25,963 nt of DNA from a virus (Duplodnaviria > Caudoviricetes): IMG/VR virus record IMGVR_UViG_3300036783_000247, positions 1 through 25,963 of that record. One strand, given 5' to 3'. The position numbers were made by a program, and so were the translations under genes. Positions 7,150 through 15,708 of the stretch are shown here, in pieces. How positions within the stretch are numbered: position 1 is the first letter of the stretch; each line of letters opens with the position of its first letter. A model generated the notes under the pieces. The model saw only the letters and a program-made list of their open reading frames with translations, was not told the DNA's origin and made no database searches.

Positions 7150-9426
7150 ATGACCGCCACCGTCACCACGGACGAGCAGCAGACCGAGCAGCAGGCCGCC
7201 GCCGCGCCGGTCGAGTCGCCGATGGACCCCGTCCAGCTGGCCAAGGATCAGGCGCTCGCAGCGCAGCGCGAGGCCAAGAAAGAGGAGCGCGCGGCCCAGC
7301 GGACGGCCCTGCGCCTGCCGCACATCCTGGCCGCAGGCACCTCCGCCGTCGGCATGGTGTCGTGGGGGATCGGCGAGGCCGTCAGCGCGGCCGGCGGCTC
7401 CGCCGGCCTCGTCACCCTCGGCGTTGCGGCCATCAGCAGCGCTGTCGTCGGCGGTGCGTGGCTGCGACGCAACAAGATCGAGGCGCTCGACGAGCGCTGG
7501 AAGAACGTCGCCCTCTCGGCCGGCGTCGCCGCCTCCGGACTAATCACCCTGGATTCCGTGTACGGCGCGACGTGGGGAACCCTCGCGGCGACGATTGTCG
7601 CCGAAGCCACGTTAGGCCGGGCCTGGCGGCGCGAGCACAGCATTCCGCTGGAGCGAATCGCAGCCCCCGAAGCCCGGGCCCGCGGCGGCTGGAGGCTTCT
7701 CCTGCCGCGCCGAAAGGCGAGCCGCGATGACGCGACCCAGGTCGAGCCCGAGCGCTCCCCGGTCGTTGTCGTCAACGACGAGCCGGACAACCTCATCGCC
7801 GACGTCATGCGGATGTGGCGCGAGAACATCTCGCGGCCCGGCGGCGTGCTGCCCGGTTCGGAACTGCTTGAGCCCACCAAGCGACCGACCGGCGCTCGCT
7901 TCATCATCCAGACGATTCCAGGCAGTTGCCAGTACTCGGACCTCGACGGCATTCGCGGCCGCCTCGCGGCCGGCCTGTTCCGGCAGATCCGAGACCTTCA
8001 CCCGGAGCCGTACCCCGGCAATGAGTCCCGCGCCTACCTGACCATCACCAAACAGCGAGTTCTGCAGCAGACGTCCCCCTATCAGGGCCCCATCTACCGG
8101 GACGGTGTCATCCCGGTCGGCCAACTGTCCAACGGGTCCGGCGAAGCCACCATCGTGGTAAAGGACCGCACCGGCGTGTACCCGACCCTGATCACAGGAG
8201 CACCCGGTTCCGGCAAGAGCACCTCCGGCCTACTCCCCATCTCCCTAGCCCTCAAGCACTCCGGCGAATTTCTCCTCGTGCACTGCGACGGCGACCCCGA
8301 AGGCGGCAGCTCACCCGAAATGAACGAGCTGTCCGACGCCCGACCGGGCGCGGGCCCCGAAGACGCCTACAAGCAGCTCCTCGCGATCGAGGAAACGCTG
8401 CAGGTGCGCGGCATGAACAAGAGGCTCCTCACCGAGGACCCGCTCACCGGACTGCCGCTGCCGCTGCTTGACCCGGAAACGCAGCGGGTCGCCTCGAAGA
8501 TCCTGCCGTGCGCACAGTTCCCCGGCCTCGCCTGGTCGATCGACGAGTTCTACAGGCTGTCGAAAGACCAGTGGCTGCGAAGCATGGGGTTCGGGGAACG
8601 CCTGGAACAGGTCATCCGGCTCGGACGCAAATACGGAGTCCTCGTCAACCTGGCCACACACAGCGTGCTGGTCGGAGACTACTTCGACTCGACGTCACTG
8701 CGCGGCCTGCTGGCCAACCGCAACTTCATGGTGTTCCGCAACACGAACAAGACCGAGTCCGACCTGGTCGGCGAGGTACAGGTCAGGCCCGGCGAGCTGC
8801 CGCCGGGCGGCGGCTACTTCTTGATAGCCAGCGCGGGCGGCTCACAGCTGCAGGCCCGCGGTGGCGAGGTCACGGGCGTGCGGGAGTGGGCGCACGCCCT
8901 GCCCGGCGCGCAGGCCGACCCCGACATGGCTGAGGCGCTGAAGCCGCTGACAGTCACCGCCGATTTCGACCCCATCCAGGCCGTGCGGGAGGCCAAGGCG
9001 AACCTGGCCGAGTGGCGGGCCCGCAAGCAGGCCGGCGTCGAGGGCAAGAAGGTGGAGCCCGACGGCTACGAGCAGTACGGCGAGATGGCCGACCTGCACC
9101 GCCTGCTCGACCCGATGCCCGAGCTCACCCTGATTCAGGGCGGCGGCGAAGAGGCGCTGTCGATCACCCAGCTGAAGATGCTCGCGGCGCTTCCCGGAAA
9201 GAACGCGCACGTCGCCCAGCGCGTGGGCGTGTCGGTCAGCTACGTGGAGAAGCAGCTGCCGAAGCTGGTAGCCCTCGGCCTGGCCGTGCAGCCCGAGAAG
9301 TTCGGCCCCTACCAGCGCACGCCAGCCGGCGACAAGGCCGTCACCGAGGCCGCCGGCGAGCTCGACGCGGAAGCCGATCGAGACCTGACCGACGTCGCGC
9401 ACGACCTGGACCAGGTCGCCAACTAA
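7150..9426 (+). CDS. traB: FtsK/SpoIIIE-family conjugative DNA translocase (actinomycete Tra/TraB)
   Basis: N-terminal TM helices; Walker A GAPGSGKS; 'DGDPEGGSSPE'; Walker B WSIDEF; 'RLGRKYGVLVNLATH'; C-terminal wHTH 'LSITQLKMLAAL...HVAQRVGVSVSYVEKQLPKLVALGLA'. Confidence 0.88.
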   Translation: MTATVTTDEQQTEQQAAAAPVESPMDPVQLAKDQALAAQREAKKEERAAQRTALRLPHILAAGTSAVGMVSWGIGEAVSAAGGSAGLVTLGVAAISSAVVGGAWLRRNKIEALDERWKNVALSAGVAASGLITLDSVYGATWGTLAATIVAEATLGRAWRREHSIPLERIAAPEARARGGWRLLLPRRKASRDDATQVEPERSPVVVVNDEPDNLIADVMRMWRENISRPGGVLPGSELLEPTKRPTGARFIIQTIPGSCQYSDLDGIRGRLAAGLFRQIRDLHPEPYPGNESRAYLTITKQRVLQQTSPYQGPIYRDGVIPVGQLSNGSGEATIVVKDRTGVYPTLITGAPGSGKSTSGLLPISLALKHSGEFLLVHCDGDPEGGSSPEMNELSDARPGAGPEDAYKQLLAIEETLQVRGMNKRLLTEDPLTGLPLPLLDPETQRVASKILPCAQFPGLAWSIDEFYRLSKDQWLRSMGFGERLEQVIRLGRKYGVLVNLATHSVLVGDYFDSTSLRGLLANRNFMVFRNTNKTESDLVGEVQVRPGELPPGGGYFLIASAGGSQLQARGGEVTGVREWAHALPGAQADPDMAEALKPLTVTADFDPIQAVREAKANLAEWRARKQAGVEGKKVEPDGYEQYGEMADLHRLLDPMPELTLIQGGGEEALSITQLKMLAALPGKNAHVAQRVGVSVSYVEKQLPKLVALGLAVQPEKFGPYQRTPAGDKAVTEAAGELDAEADRDLTDVAHDLDQVAN

Positions 9427-9452
9427 CACCCCCACGCCTACCGGAGGAAGCC

Positions 9453-9788
9453 ATGTCCGGGCTCGATAAGGGCACCATCGCCAAACATCTCAGCCGCATC
9501 GCCGGTGGCATTGCCGCCGTCGCACTGCTGGCCGCAGCGGCCACGTCCCTCCAGGGCGCCCGTAACGCCGTGGACGCCACCATCGTGGCCCGCTACACGC
9601 CGATGGTGGTTGACGGGCCCGCCACCTCGCGCAGCGGCAGCGACGTCACGCACTCCGTGATCTGCATCCCCGCCGACACGACCCCGCTCGACCTGGCACA
9701 CGCCCGCCGCTGGCGCGAAGTCGCCTCCGACGGCGACCCCGAGCGGGGCGCCCCCTGCCCCGACGGCGTCATCCTCGCGACCGGCTGA
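9453..9788 (+). CDS. Small secreted or membrane-anchored protein (111 aa)
   Basis: GGAGG RBS, ATG 9453; signal-like 'IAGGIAAVALLAAAATSL'; two Cys. Confidence 0.65.
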   Translation: MSGLDKGTIAKHLSRIAGGIAAVALLAAAATSLQGARNAVDATIVARYTPMVVDGPATSRSGSDVTHSVICIPADTTPLDLAHARRWREVASDGDPERGAPCPDGVILATG

Positions 9789-9826
9789 TCAGCCGACCGC
9801 TTCCAACCACACCGCAGGAGACCAGC

Positions 9827-10156
9827 GTGACCAACATCGACATCGAGGCCATCAACAGCGCCGTGAACACCGCCCAGGCCCTCGACGTGCCCATCGACGA
9901 CAAGACGGCCCGCGGCGCCGCGGAAGCAATCAAGCTGGCGCTGTGGCGCGGCAGCCGGGAGATCCCCGGCGCGCTGCTCGACTTCGTCCAGACCGGCCAG
10001 TACAACCGCGGCCTGTTCGACACCGACCTCTACGCGCTGGCCGGGACCATCAGCGGTGCCGACAACTTCATAGCCGCCCTGCGGCGCTACCTCGACTATC
10101 ACGCCAACTCGGCCGGCAAGCGCGGCCCCGTGGAGGGCTGGCCGACGCAGAGCTGA
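9827..10156 (+). CDS. Hypothetical protein, probable paralog of 11802-12125
   Basis: AGGAG RBS; motifs PID..TAR..A, GALLDFVQTG, RGPVEGW. Confidence 0.75.
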   Translation: MTNIDIEAINSAVNTAQALDVPIDDKTARGAAEAIKLALWRGSREIPGALLDFVQTGQYNRGLFDTDLYALAGTISGADNFIAALRRYLDYHANSAGKRGPVEGWPTQS

Positions 10157-10199
10157 CCCACCACCCCGAGTCGCCACCTACAAGAAAGGAGGTAGTGCC

Positions 10200-10574
10200 G
10201 TGCCCGCGCAGCGCAATCACGACTGGGACTGGTACGACCACGTCGCCGTCGACCGCGTCATGACCGGAGCCGACCCCGGCCGAGAGCTCACGCATGCCGA
10301 GCGGGTCGAGTGCGCGCGGCGGGCGCTCGCGCGGGGCGGCAGCGCGGACAGCGTGGACAAGCTGGTCGGCTTCGGCGCACGGCACGCGTACAAGCTCGTC
10401 GCGGAGGTCGAGACCGGCACCTGCTTCATCAGGCTCCAGCAGTGCGCCTACATCGGCTGCGCCGTGGAGTTCCGAACCCAGGACCCGCGAGCCAGCTTTT
10501 GCTCCGGCCCGTGCAGGGAACGCTCCCGCGAGCGCCGTACCCACGCCACCAGTCGCGCCGCCTCGGCAGCCTGA
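10200..10574 (+). CDS. HTH plus Zn-finger putative DNA-binding protein
   Basis: AGGAGG RBS; 'DHVAVDRVMTG...LTHAER' and an HTH-like segment; C-terminal CAYIGC...F...FCSGPCR. Confidence 0.7.
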   Translation: MPAQRNHDWDWYDHVAVDRVMTGADPGRELTHAERVECARRALARGGSADSVDKLVGFGARHAYKLVAEVETGTCFIRLQQCAYIGCAVEFRTQDPRASFCSGPCRERSRERRTHATSRAASAA

Positions 10575-10620
10575 GTCACATTCCGCCACCCGGACCACCA
10601 CACGGGAGACGAGAAACCTC

Positions 10621-10821
10621 ATGTACATCCTGCACAACCGGACGACCGGCGTCGCCGAGATCCACCCCGACGACACCGGCGAGCCCACCGTGCTGACCAA
10701 CGTCAGCCGGCACGAGCTGCCACGCCTGCTCTGGAAGGCCGACCTGATCCTCGGGCCCACGAGCCACTGGCTCCAGCAGCGCGACGGCTGGCACCGCCAC
10801 GGCCTCGATCGCGCCTCGTAA
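10621..10821 (+). CDS. Hypothetical protein (66 aa)
   Basis: ATG 10621 after GGGAG; high GC3; followed by a hairpin. Confidence 0.6.
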   Translation: MYILHNRTTGVAEIHPDDTGEPTVLTNVSRHELPRLLWKADLILGPTSHWLQQRDGWHRHGLDRAS

Positions 10822-10828
10822 GACCCCT

Positions 10829-10860
10829 CGTCCCGGCGCGCCCACCATCGCGCCGGGACG
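10829..10860. terminator. 12-bp stem hairpin
   Basis: CGTCCCGGCGCG-cccaccat-CGCGCCGGGACG directly after a stop codon. Confidence 0.5.
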
Positions 10861-10897
10861 ACAACCCCTTCCGTCCATGTCCACGAAGGAGCCGACC

Positions 10898-11377
10898 ATG
10901 ACCGTCACGACCGCCCGCCCCGTGTTCTCCCGCCGGCCGCACCGGGCCCACCCGCAGCACTTCCCGCACCCGGTCAACTGCACCATCCGCTACTGCGTGG
11001 ACGAGACCGAGGCGGCGGCCGAGCCCGGCACCATGCGCTTCACGAGCACGGAGGCCATGCTCGACGCGGTGCGCCGCCTGTTCACCGCCCGACTCGCCAC
11101 GATGCAGAGCACCGGCCGCCCGCTGCGGATCGACGACACCACCTATCAGGCGCTCGTGGTGCACATCGACAACCCGCTGGAGCTGCTGGCCGACGAGACG
11201 GCTCGCCGGCTCGTGCAGGAGATTATCTGGGCCGCTGACGGCGTCGGCATCTACCCGGCGCTGGCGATCACGCCGGCCGAGCAGAAGCACCTGCGCGAGG
11301 AGACGACCTGGGGGACCGCGATCCTGGAGTACCTGCGCCGAGACCAGGCCGGCTACCCGGTGTACGGCTGCTGGTAG
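10898..11377 (+). CDS. Hypothetical protein (159 aa)
   Basis: AAGGAG RBS 6 nt before ATG 10898; high GC3. Confidence 0.7.
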   Translation: MTVTTARPVFSRRPHRAHPQHFPHPVNCTIRYCVDETEAAAEPGTMRFTSTEAMLDAVRRLFTARLATMQSTGRPLRIDDTTYQALVVHIDNPLELLADETARRLVQEIIWAADGVGIYPALAITPAEQKHLREETTWGTAILEYLRRDQAGYPVYGCW

Positions 11378-11443
11378 CCGAGAGTCATCCAGCTCAACCC
11401 GCAGGGCGGCGACGCCGATAACGCTGCGGGGCTACCGACGAGT

Positions 11444-11517
11444 CCGGCCGGACGGGCCTTCACGCTGCCACCACGCAGCGGCGATGGTCCAAGCCATCGT
11501 GCGGCCCGTCCGGCCGG
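11444..11517. other. Branched intergenic structure (three-way junction)
   Basis: 15-bp outer stem CCGGCCGGACGGGCC/GGCCCGTCCGGCCGG enclosing hairpins CGCTGC/GCAGCG and CGATGG/CCATCG. Confidence 0.6.
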
Positions 11518-11553
11518 GGCACACCCTTCCCTCATGTCCCAGAGAAAGGATGC

Positions 11554-11805
11554 ATGCACATCATGCCTGCCGAACCCCCGAACGTCACGTCCGGAGTGCT
11601 GATCGACAGCGTCGGCTTCGGCGACGTCGCCATCCAGTTCCTCGGCAGCAACGCCTACCTGCGCGTCACCTCGACCGGCGAGGTCGAGCAGGCCATCACC
11701 GACGCGAAGCCCGAGGACGGCGAGATCAAGGTCGCCGTGCAGCAGCTGCGCGCCGGCGGCGAGCTGATTCAGGCCGAGGGCCTACAGCGGTGGGCGGCGG
11801 CATGA
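11554..11805 (+). CDS. Hypothetical protein (about 80 aa)
   Basis: AAAGGA RBS; high GC3; coupled to the next gene. Confidence 0.65.
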   Translation: MHIMPAEPPNVTSGVLIDSVGFGDVAIQFLGSNAYLRVTSTGEVEQAITDAKPEDGEIKVAVQQLRAGGELIQAEGLQRWAAA

Positions 11806-12125
11806 AGATCCCCGTGTCCCTCAAAGTGCGGGAAGCGGTCGACGAGCACAGCACGCCGGCCTGTTCGCCGATCAAGCCGGCGGACGCCGTCGCGATCGCG
11901 TCCGAGATCATCCTGCTGCTGATCCTGAACGGCCACGAGGCACAGGGGGCGCTGTGGCAGTTCCTCACCATCGGCGCCATCGTGCAGGACGAGATGCGCG
12001 CCGAGCTGTGGGCGGCGAAGGAGAAGCTGCCCATCGACCCGAGCGAAGTGCCCCTAATCAACGGCCTCATCCGGCACATCGAGTGGCACGGCAATCGGGA
12101 GCGGGGCCCCGGCTGGCACGTGTAG
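11802..12125 (+). CDS. Hypothetical protein (107 aa), probable paralog of 9827-10156
   Basis: ATGA coupling; motifs PIK..A.AIA, GALWQFLTIG, RGPGW. Confidence 0.7.
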   Translation: MKIPVSLKVREAVDEHSTPACSPIKPADAVAIASEIILLLILNGHEAQGALWQFLTIGAIVQDEMRAELWAAKEKLPIDPSEVPLINGLIRHIEWHGNRERGPGWHV

Positions 12126-12470
12126 CTGGCCGGTCTCGACCAGCACCTCCCGGCCGATCGGCCGGCTGCCGTACTCCTCGGAGAACAGCAGGATCTCGTT
12201 GCCGACGATGCGGAACGTCAGCCACATGGTGTTCCGGATGAAGTGCTTGACGATCGCCTCGCCGAGGGCCGGCAGGACCAGGTGCTGACCGGTCTCCTTG
12301 ATGCGCAGCGTGGGGAAGCGGCCCCGGCCGCGGTGGAAGCGGACGGTCTTGACGTCAACGCCCAGCTTCTTCGCCAAGATCGACAACGTCCAGAAGTCGC
12401 CCTTGGCGAAGACCTCTTGGCCGTCGTCGTCGACCAACCAGTCACCGTTCACGTAGTGCAAACCGGACAT
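12054..12470 (-). CDS. MerR/excisionase-like HTH protein (138 aa)
   Basis: GGGAGG RBS 6 nt before ATG 12470; 'WTLSILAKKLGVDVKTVRFHRGRGRFP' is HTH_17/MerR-like. Confidence 0.7.
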   Translation of the reverse strand: MSGLHYVNGDWLVDDDGQEVFAKGDFWTLSILAKKLGVDVKTVRFHRGRGRFPTLRIKETGQHLVLPALGEAIVKHFIRNTMWLTFRIVGNEILLFSEEYGSRPIGREVLVETGQLHVPAGAPLPIAVPLDVPDEAVD

Positions 12471-12489
12471 CCCAACCCTCCCAACGTAC

Positions 12490-12550
12490 GTGGTGCGTCT
12501 ACGGACCAATTCTAGTGGCAGCCGCGTGAATTGGTCCGTAGACGCACCAC
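12490..12550. repeat. Perfect 23-bp inverted repeat in a divergent intergenic region
   Basis: GTGGTGCGTCTACGGACCAATTC (12490-12512), 15 nt, GAATTGGTCCGTAGACGCACCAC (12528-12550). Confidence 0.9.
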
Positions 12551-12594
12551 CAAACACCCCGCCGAGACGTCGGCGGGGGAGCGGCACATCACGA

Positions 12595-12636
12595 CGGCGG
12601 TGTTGTAGAACTGTGACAACACCGCCGCCGTCTTTT
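12595..12636 (+). terminator. Hairpin followed by a short T-tract
   Basis: CGGCGGTGTTGT/ACAACACCGCCG 12-bp stem, then TCTTTT. Confidence 0.5.
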
Positions 12637-12649
12637 CTGGACTGATCCC

Positions 12650-12904
12650 ATGAACAGCGCCTACGTCCTGCTGTGCCTGCTCGCACCCGCGCTGCTCTGC
12701 GTGTGCTGGATGATCGGCCAGGGCGTGGCGCACCTGGTCCGCGGCTGGCGGCAGCGCCGATCGGAGTGCCGCCGGCACGTGCGGATGCTGCTGCCGACCC
12801 GGGTCGGTGTGGTCGAGCTGTGCTGCACCTGCGACGCCGGCCGCGTGGTTGACGACCGCTGGCAGTTCGCCGACCCGGTCGAGGCCGACCACACCCTGGG
12901 CTGA
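12650..12904 (+). CDS. Small Cys-rich membrane-anchored protein (84 aa)
   Basis: Hydrophobic N-terminus; CRRH...CCTC; RBS weak. Confidence 0.5.
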   Translation: MNSAYVLLCLLAPALLCVCWMIGQGVAHLVRGWRQRRSECRRHVRMLLPTRVGVVELCCTCDAGRVVDDRWQFADPVEADHTLG

Positions 12905-13024
12905 CCACAGCAGGTAATGCCCGAAACGTCTGGTCCGTAGAAGAACCGCAGCTCAACACACCCGTATTCGCTGAAGCGTGCCGCCAGCACGGCTACGCTG
13001 TGCGAAATTTCACGGAGGTGGCCG

Positions 13025-13921
13025 ATGGCAGGCGGCATTCTCTGCGACCCGCGATGCGCCCGCACCGAATGCGGGCTCCCCACGATCAACGCATACCTAT
13101 GCCGGTCATGCGAAGACCGCTTGCGGATCGAACTCGAACACATCATCGAATTCCCCGCGACCGACGCCCACGGCAATCCGCTGCCCGGGCTCGACCACGA
13201 ACTCACCACCACACTCCAACGCAACAACCGCACCGGCGGCGACGACGTCGGCTGGATCACCTACACGCCCGAACGTCCCGTGCCCTACGCCCAGCACGCC
13301 GCCGACGCCATCGCCGTGCTGCGCACCGTGCTGTCCACCTGGATCCGCGAACTCTGGGAAACCAACGGCGGCGACGCCATGGGCGAATTCCGCTGCGACG
13401 ACACCCTCACCGGCATGGCCGACTGGCTCCTGCTGCGCCCCAGCTGGATGGGCCTGCACATCGCCGCCGACGAGCTCTACGCCGACATCACAGGCGCCAC
13501 CGCCCAAGCCTGGCGCGCCATCGACCGCGGCCCCAGCAACGCCTACTCCGGCATCTGCGGCAACACCACCGACGAAGGGGAGTGCGGCCAACCCCTCTAC
13601 TCCCACCCCGACCACGACTGGGTCCGCTGCCGCACCTGCGACGCCGAATGGAACGTCGCCGAACGCCGCCAGTGGCTCCTCCTGCTCGCCGCCGAAACCC
13701 CCCTCACCGCCACCCGCATGGCCGGACTGCTCGTCCACGCCCGCATCGCCATCACCGCCGCCCAGATCCGCTCCTACGCCGCCCACGGCCGAATCCACGC
13801 CGTCGGCCGAAACGCACGCGGCCACCCGCTCTACCGCATTCGCGACGTGCGCGAGGCCATTGCCGACCGATACAAACGGCGACCGAACGAACACGCAGCG
13901 AGCCTGCTTGCCGCCCAGTAG
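13025..13921 (+). CDS. Actinophage Zn-finger plus C-terminal HTH DNA-binding protein (putative late-gene regulator)
   Basis: GGAGGT RBS; Cys pairs (CARTEC, CRSC, GICG...ECG, CRTC); C-terminal MerR-like HTH 'AAQIRSYAAHGRI...PLYRIRDV'; last gene before the virion cluster. Confidence 0.8.
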   Translation: MAGGILCDPRCARTECGLPTINAYLCRSCEDRLRIELEHIIEFPATDAHGNPLPGLDHELTTTLQRNNRTGGDDVGWITYTPERPVPYAQHAADAIAVLRTVLSTWIRELWETNGGDAMGEFRCDDTLTGMADWLLLRPSWMGLHIAADELYADITGATAQAWRAIDRGPSNAYSGICGNTTDEGECGQPLYSHPDHDWVRCRTCDAEWNVAERRQWLLLLAAETPLTATRMAGLLVHARIAITAAQIRSYAAHGRIHAVGRNARGHPLYRIRDVREAIADRYKRRPNEHAASLLAAQ

Positions 13922-14000
13922 AACCGCACGCTAACGTTGTTCACAGTGGACCGATATAGGTCCTGCGGGTCGACACCGAACGGCCCACGTCACCCCCCAG

Positions 14001-14047
14001 CGTGAACCCCGCCAGCGCTCTCCCCCGCGCAGCTGGCGGGGTTCACG
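14001..14047 (+). terminator. 16-bp stem hairpin in the leader of the late cluster
   Basis: CGTGAACCCCGCCAGC...GCTGGCGGGGTTCACG perfect inverted repeat, 15-nt loop. Confidence 0.6.
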
Positions 14048-14136
14048 TATATCCGGACCCCGCGCGAAGGGCGAAATCGCCCCGCGCCGGGTATCGCCCT
14101 GCCCGCGGGCTCCTCAATCCCAGAGGAACCCGAGCA

Positions 14137-14463
14137 GTGCACATCACCGGCACCGCCTACCGCGCCGCCTACGGCACAACCCAGGGCGTCGACACCACCA
14201 CCTGGATCATCCCCACCGACCCCGTCGACATGACCGTCAGCCTCGACGACGGCACCCCCATCGGCACCGCCACCATCACCCGCGACACAGGCGGCGATAT
14301 CACCGTCGACGCCCAGATCGACGACGTCTACCGCCGCTGGACCCACACCCGCCCCTACCTCGCCCTCGACCTCGATGGCGGCACCCCCGACACCGTGCTC
14401 TACGCCGGCATCGTCACCGACACCGAAGACCCCGACCTCCCGCCCTGGACCGAGGTCGCCTAG
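14137..14463 (+). CDS. Hypothetical phage protein (108 aa)
   Basis: GAGG RBS, GTG 14137; strongly C-ending codons. Confidence 0.65.
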   Translation: MHITGTAYRAAYGTTQGVDTTTWIIPTDPVDMTVSLDDGTPIGTATITRDTGGDITVDAQIDDVYRRWTHTRPYLALDLDGGTPDTVLYAGIVTDTEDPDLPPWTEVA

Positions 14464-14480
14464 CACCACGGGGGTGAGCG

Positions 14481-15203
14481 GTGGCGATCACCATCGCGCA
14501 AACCCTCACCGCCCAGAGCGCCATCGGCGGCGACAGCACCGCCCTCACCGCCGCCCTCACCTCCGTCGCCGCCAACGACGTCGTCATCGTCATGGCCCAA
14601 ACCTGGGACACCGCCACCGCCGCCGGCACCCCCTCCGGCGGCTCCCAGACCTACACCCGCCGCGCCACCTCCGCGCCCGCCATCTTCGCCGGCTACGCAA
14701 CCTGCTTCAGCGCCACCATGGCCGCCGGCGTCGCATCCAGCTTCACCCTCACCCTGAGCGCGCCCGCCGCCAGCAGCGGGCACAGCATGGTCGTCTACCG
14801 CGTCACCGGCGGCCAACTCGCCGCCACCCCCGCCACCAACTCCGCCGACTACGGCGGCACCGCCGGCGCGCCGAGCTCCACCATCACCGCCACCGGCAAC
14901 GGCAACTTGCTCTTCTGGTGCACCAACGACGCCCAGTCCATCAACCCCAGCACCGACGCCTACATCAGCCCCGCCCCCGGCACCCCGGACCTCCTGGTCG
15001 ACGGCCACACCGGCTCGGACGGCGTCTTCCGCTACACCCACCAAACCGCCAGCGGCGCCACCTCGCAGACCTACGGCCAGACCGCACCCACCGGCCAGAA
15101 ATGGGTCGCGGTCGCCATCGAAGTCCAAGCCGCCGCAGCAACGTTCATCGCGCCCCCCGCACCCAACGTCAGGCAGGCCATCCGCCGAGCCTCCCTCTAC
15201 TAA
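14481..15203 (+). CDS. Thr/Ala/Gly-rich beta-rich virion-like protein
   Basis: Composition typical of phage fibre/decoration domains; basic C-terminal tail 'APNVRQAIRRASLY'. Confidence 0.7.
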   Translation: MAITIAQTLTAQSAIGGDSTALTAALTSVAANDVVIVMAQTWDTATAAGTPSGGSQTYTRRATSAPAIFAGYATCFSATMAAGVASSFTLTLSAPAASSGHSMVVYRVTGGQLAATPATNSADYGGTAGAPSSTITATGNGNLLFWCTNDAQSINPSTDAYISPAPGTPDLLVDGHTGSDGVFRYTHQTASGATSQTYGQTAPTGQKWVAVAIEVQAAAATFIAPPAPNVRQAIRRASLY

Positions 15204-15217
15204 GGAGGTCGGGCCCC

Positions 15218-15706
15218 GTGGCCACCCTGTACTGGGCACACAACGGCGCAGCCCCCACCACCGCCGCTGCCGTGAAGGTCACCACCGGCACCGCGATCAA
15301 GACCCTGCTGCAGGTCGCCACGCCGTCCACCATGCGCATCAAGGTCGTCGAATGGGGCATCAGCTTCGACGGCAGCGCGGCGGCCACGCCGATCGAGTGC
15401 GAGCTCATCCAAACCGACGTCGCCGCCACCGTCACCAGCTTCACCCCGCAGGCCTACGACGACCCCAACGGGCCCGCCAGCCTCTGCGTCGGCGGCACCT
15501 CCGCCACCGGCTACACCGCCACCGCCGAAGGCACCATCACCGCCACCCGCTACGGCGACCTGCAGCTGATCGCGCCAACCAACCAGTACGTCAAGCAGTT
15601 CCCGCTCGGCCGCGAGTTCCAGGTGCCGGTCAGCAAGTTCCTGCGCGTACGCGTGACCGCGGGTGCTGCCGTGTCGGCGTACACCTATATCTGCTGGGAG
15701 GAGTAG
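15218..15706 (+). CDS. Putative virion structural protein (162 aa)
   Basis: AAGGAGG RBS, GTG 15218; beta-sandwich-like, ends 'FLRVRVTAGAAVSAYTYICWEE'. Confidence 0.7.
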   Translation: MATLYWAHNGAAPTTAAAVKVTTGTAIKTLLQVATPSTMRIKVVEWGISFDGSAAATPIECELIQTDVAATVTSFTPQAYDDPNGPASLCVGGTSATGYTATAEGTITATRYGDLQLIAPTNQYVKQFPLGREFQVPVSKFLRVRVTAGAAVSAYTYICWEE

Positions 15707-15708
15707 GC

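Noticed and set aside
7150-9426. Chromosomal FtsK, type VII EccC or T4SS coupling protein
   Set aside because: Single ATPase domain with TM N-terminus and wHTH C-terminus in a kor/spd context; no WXG100, relaxase or VirB4 genes seen.
9427-12470. AICE replication/integration module (repSA, xis, int)
   Set aside because: No HUH, prim-pol or recombinase motifs found; the xis-like HTH gene has no adjacent integrase.
14375-15217. N-terminal extension of the 443-aa track ORF
   Set aside because: Arg/His-rich off-frame reading over 14481-15203; the better start is GTG 15218 after AAGGAGG.
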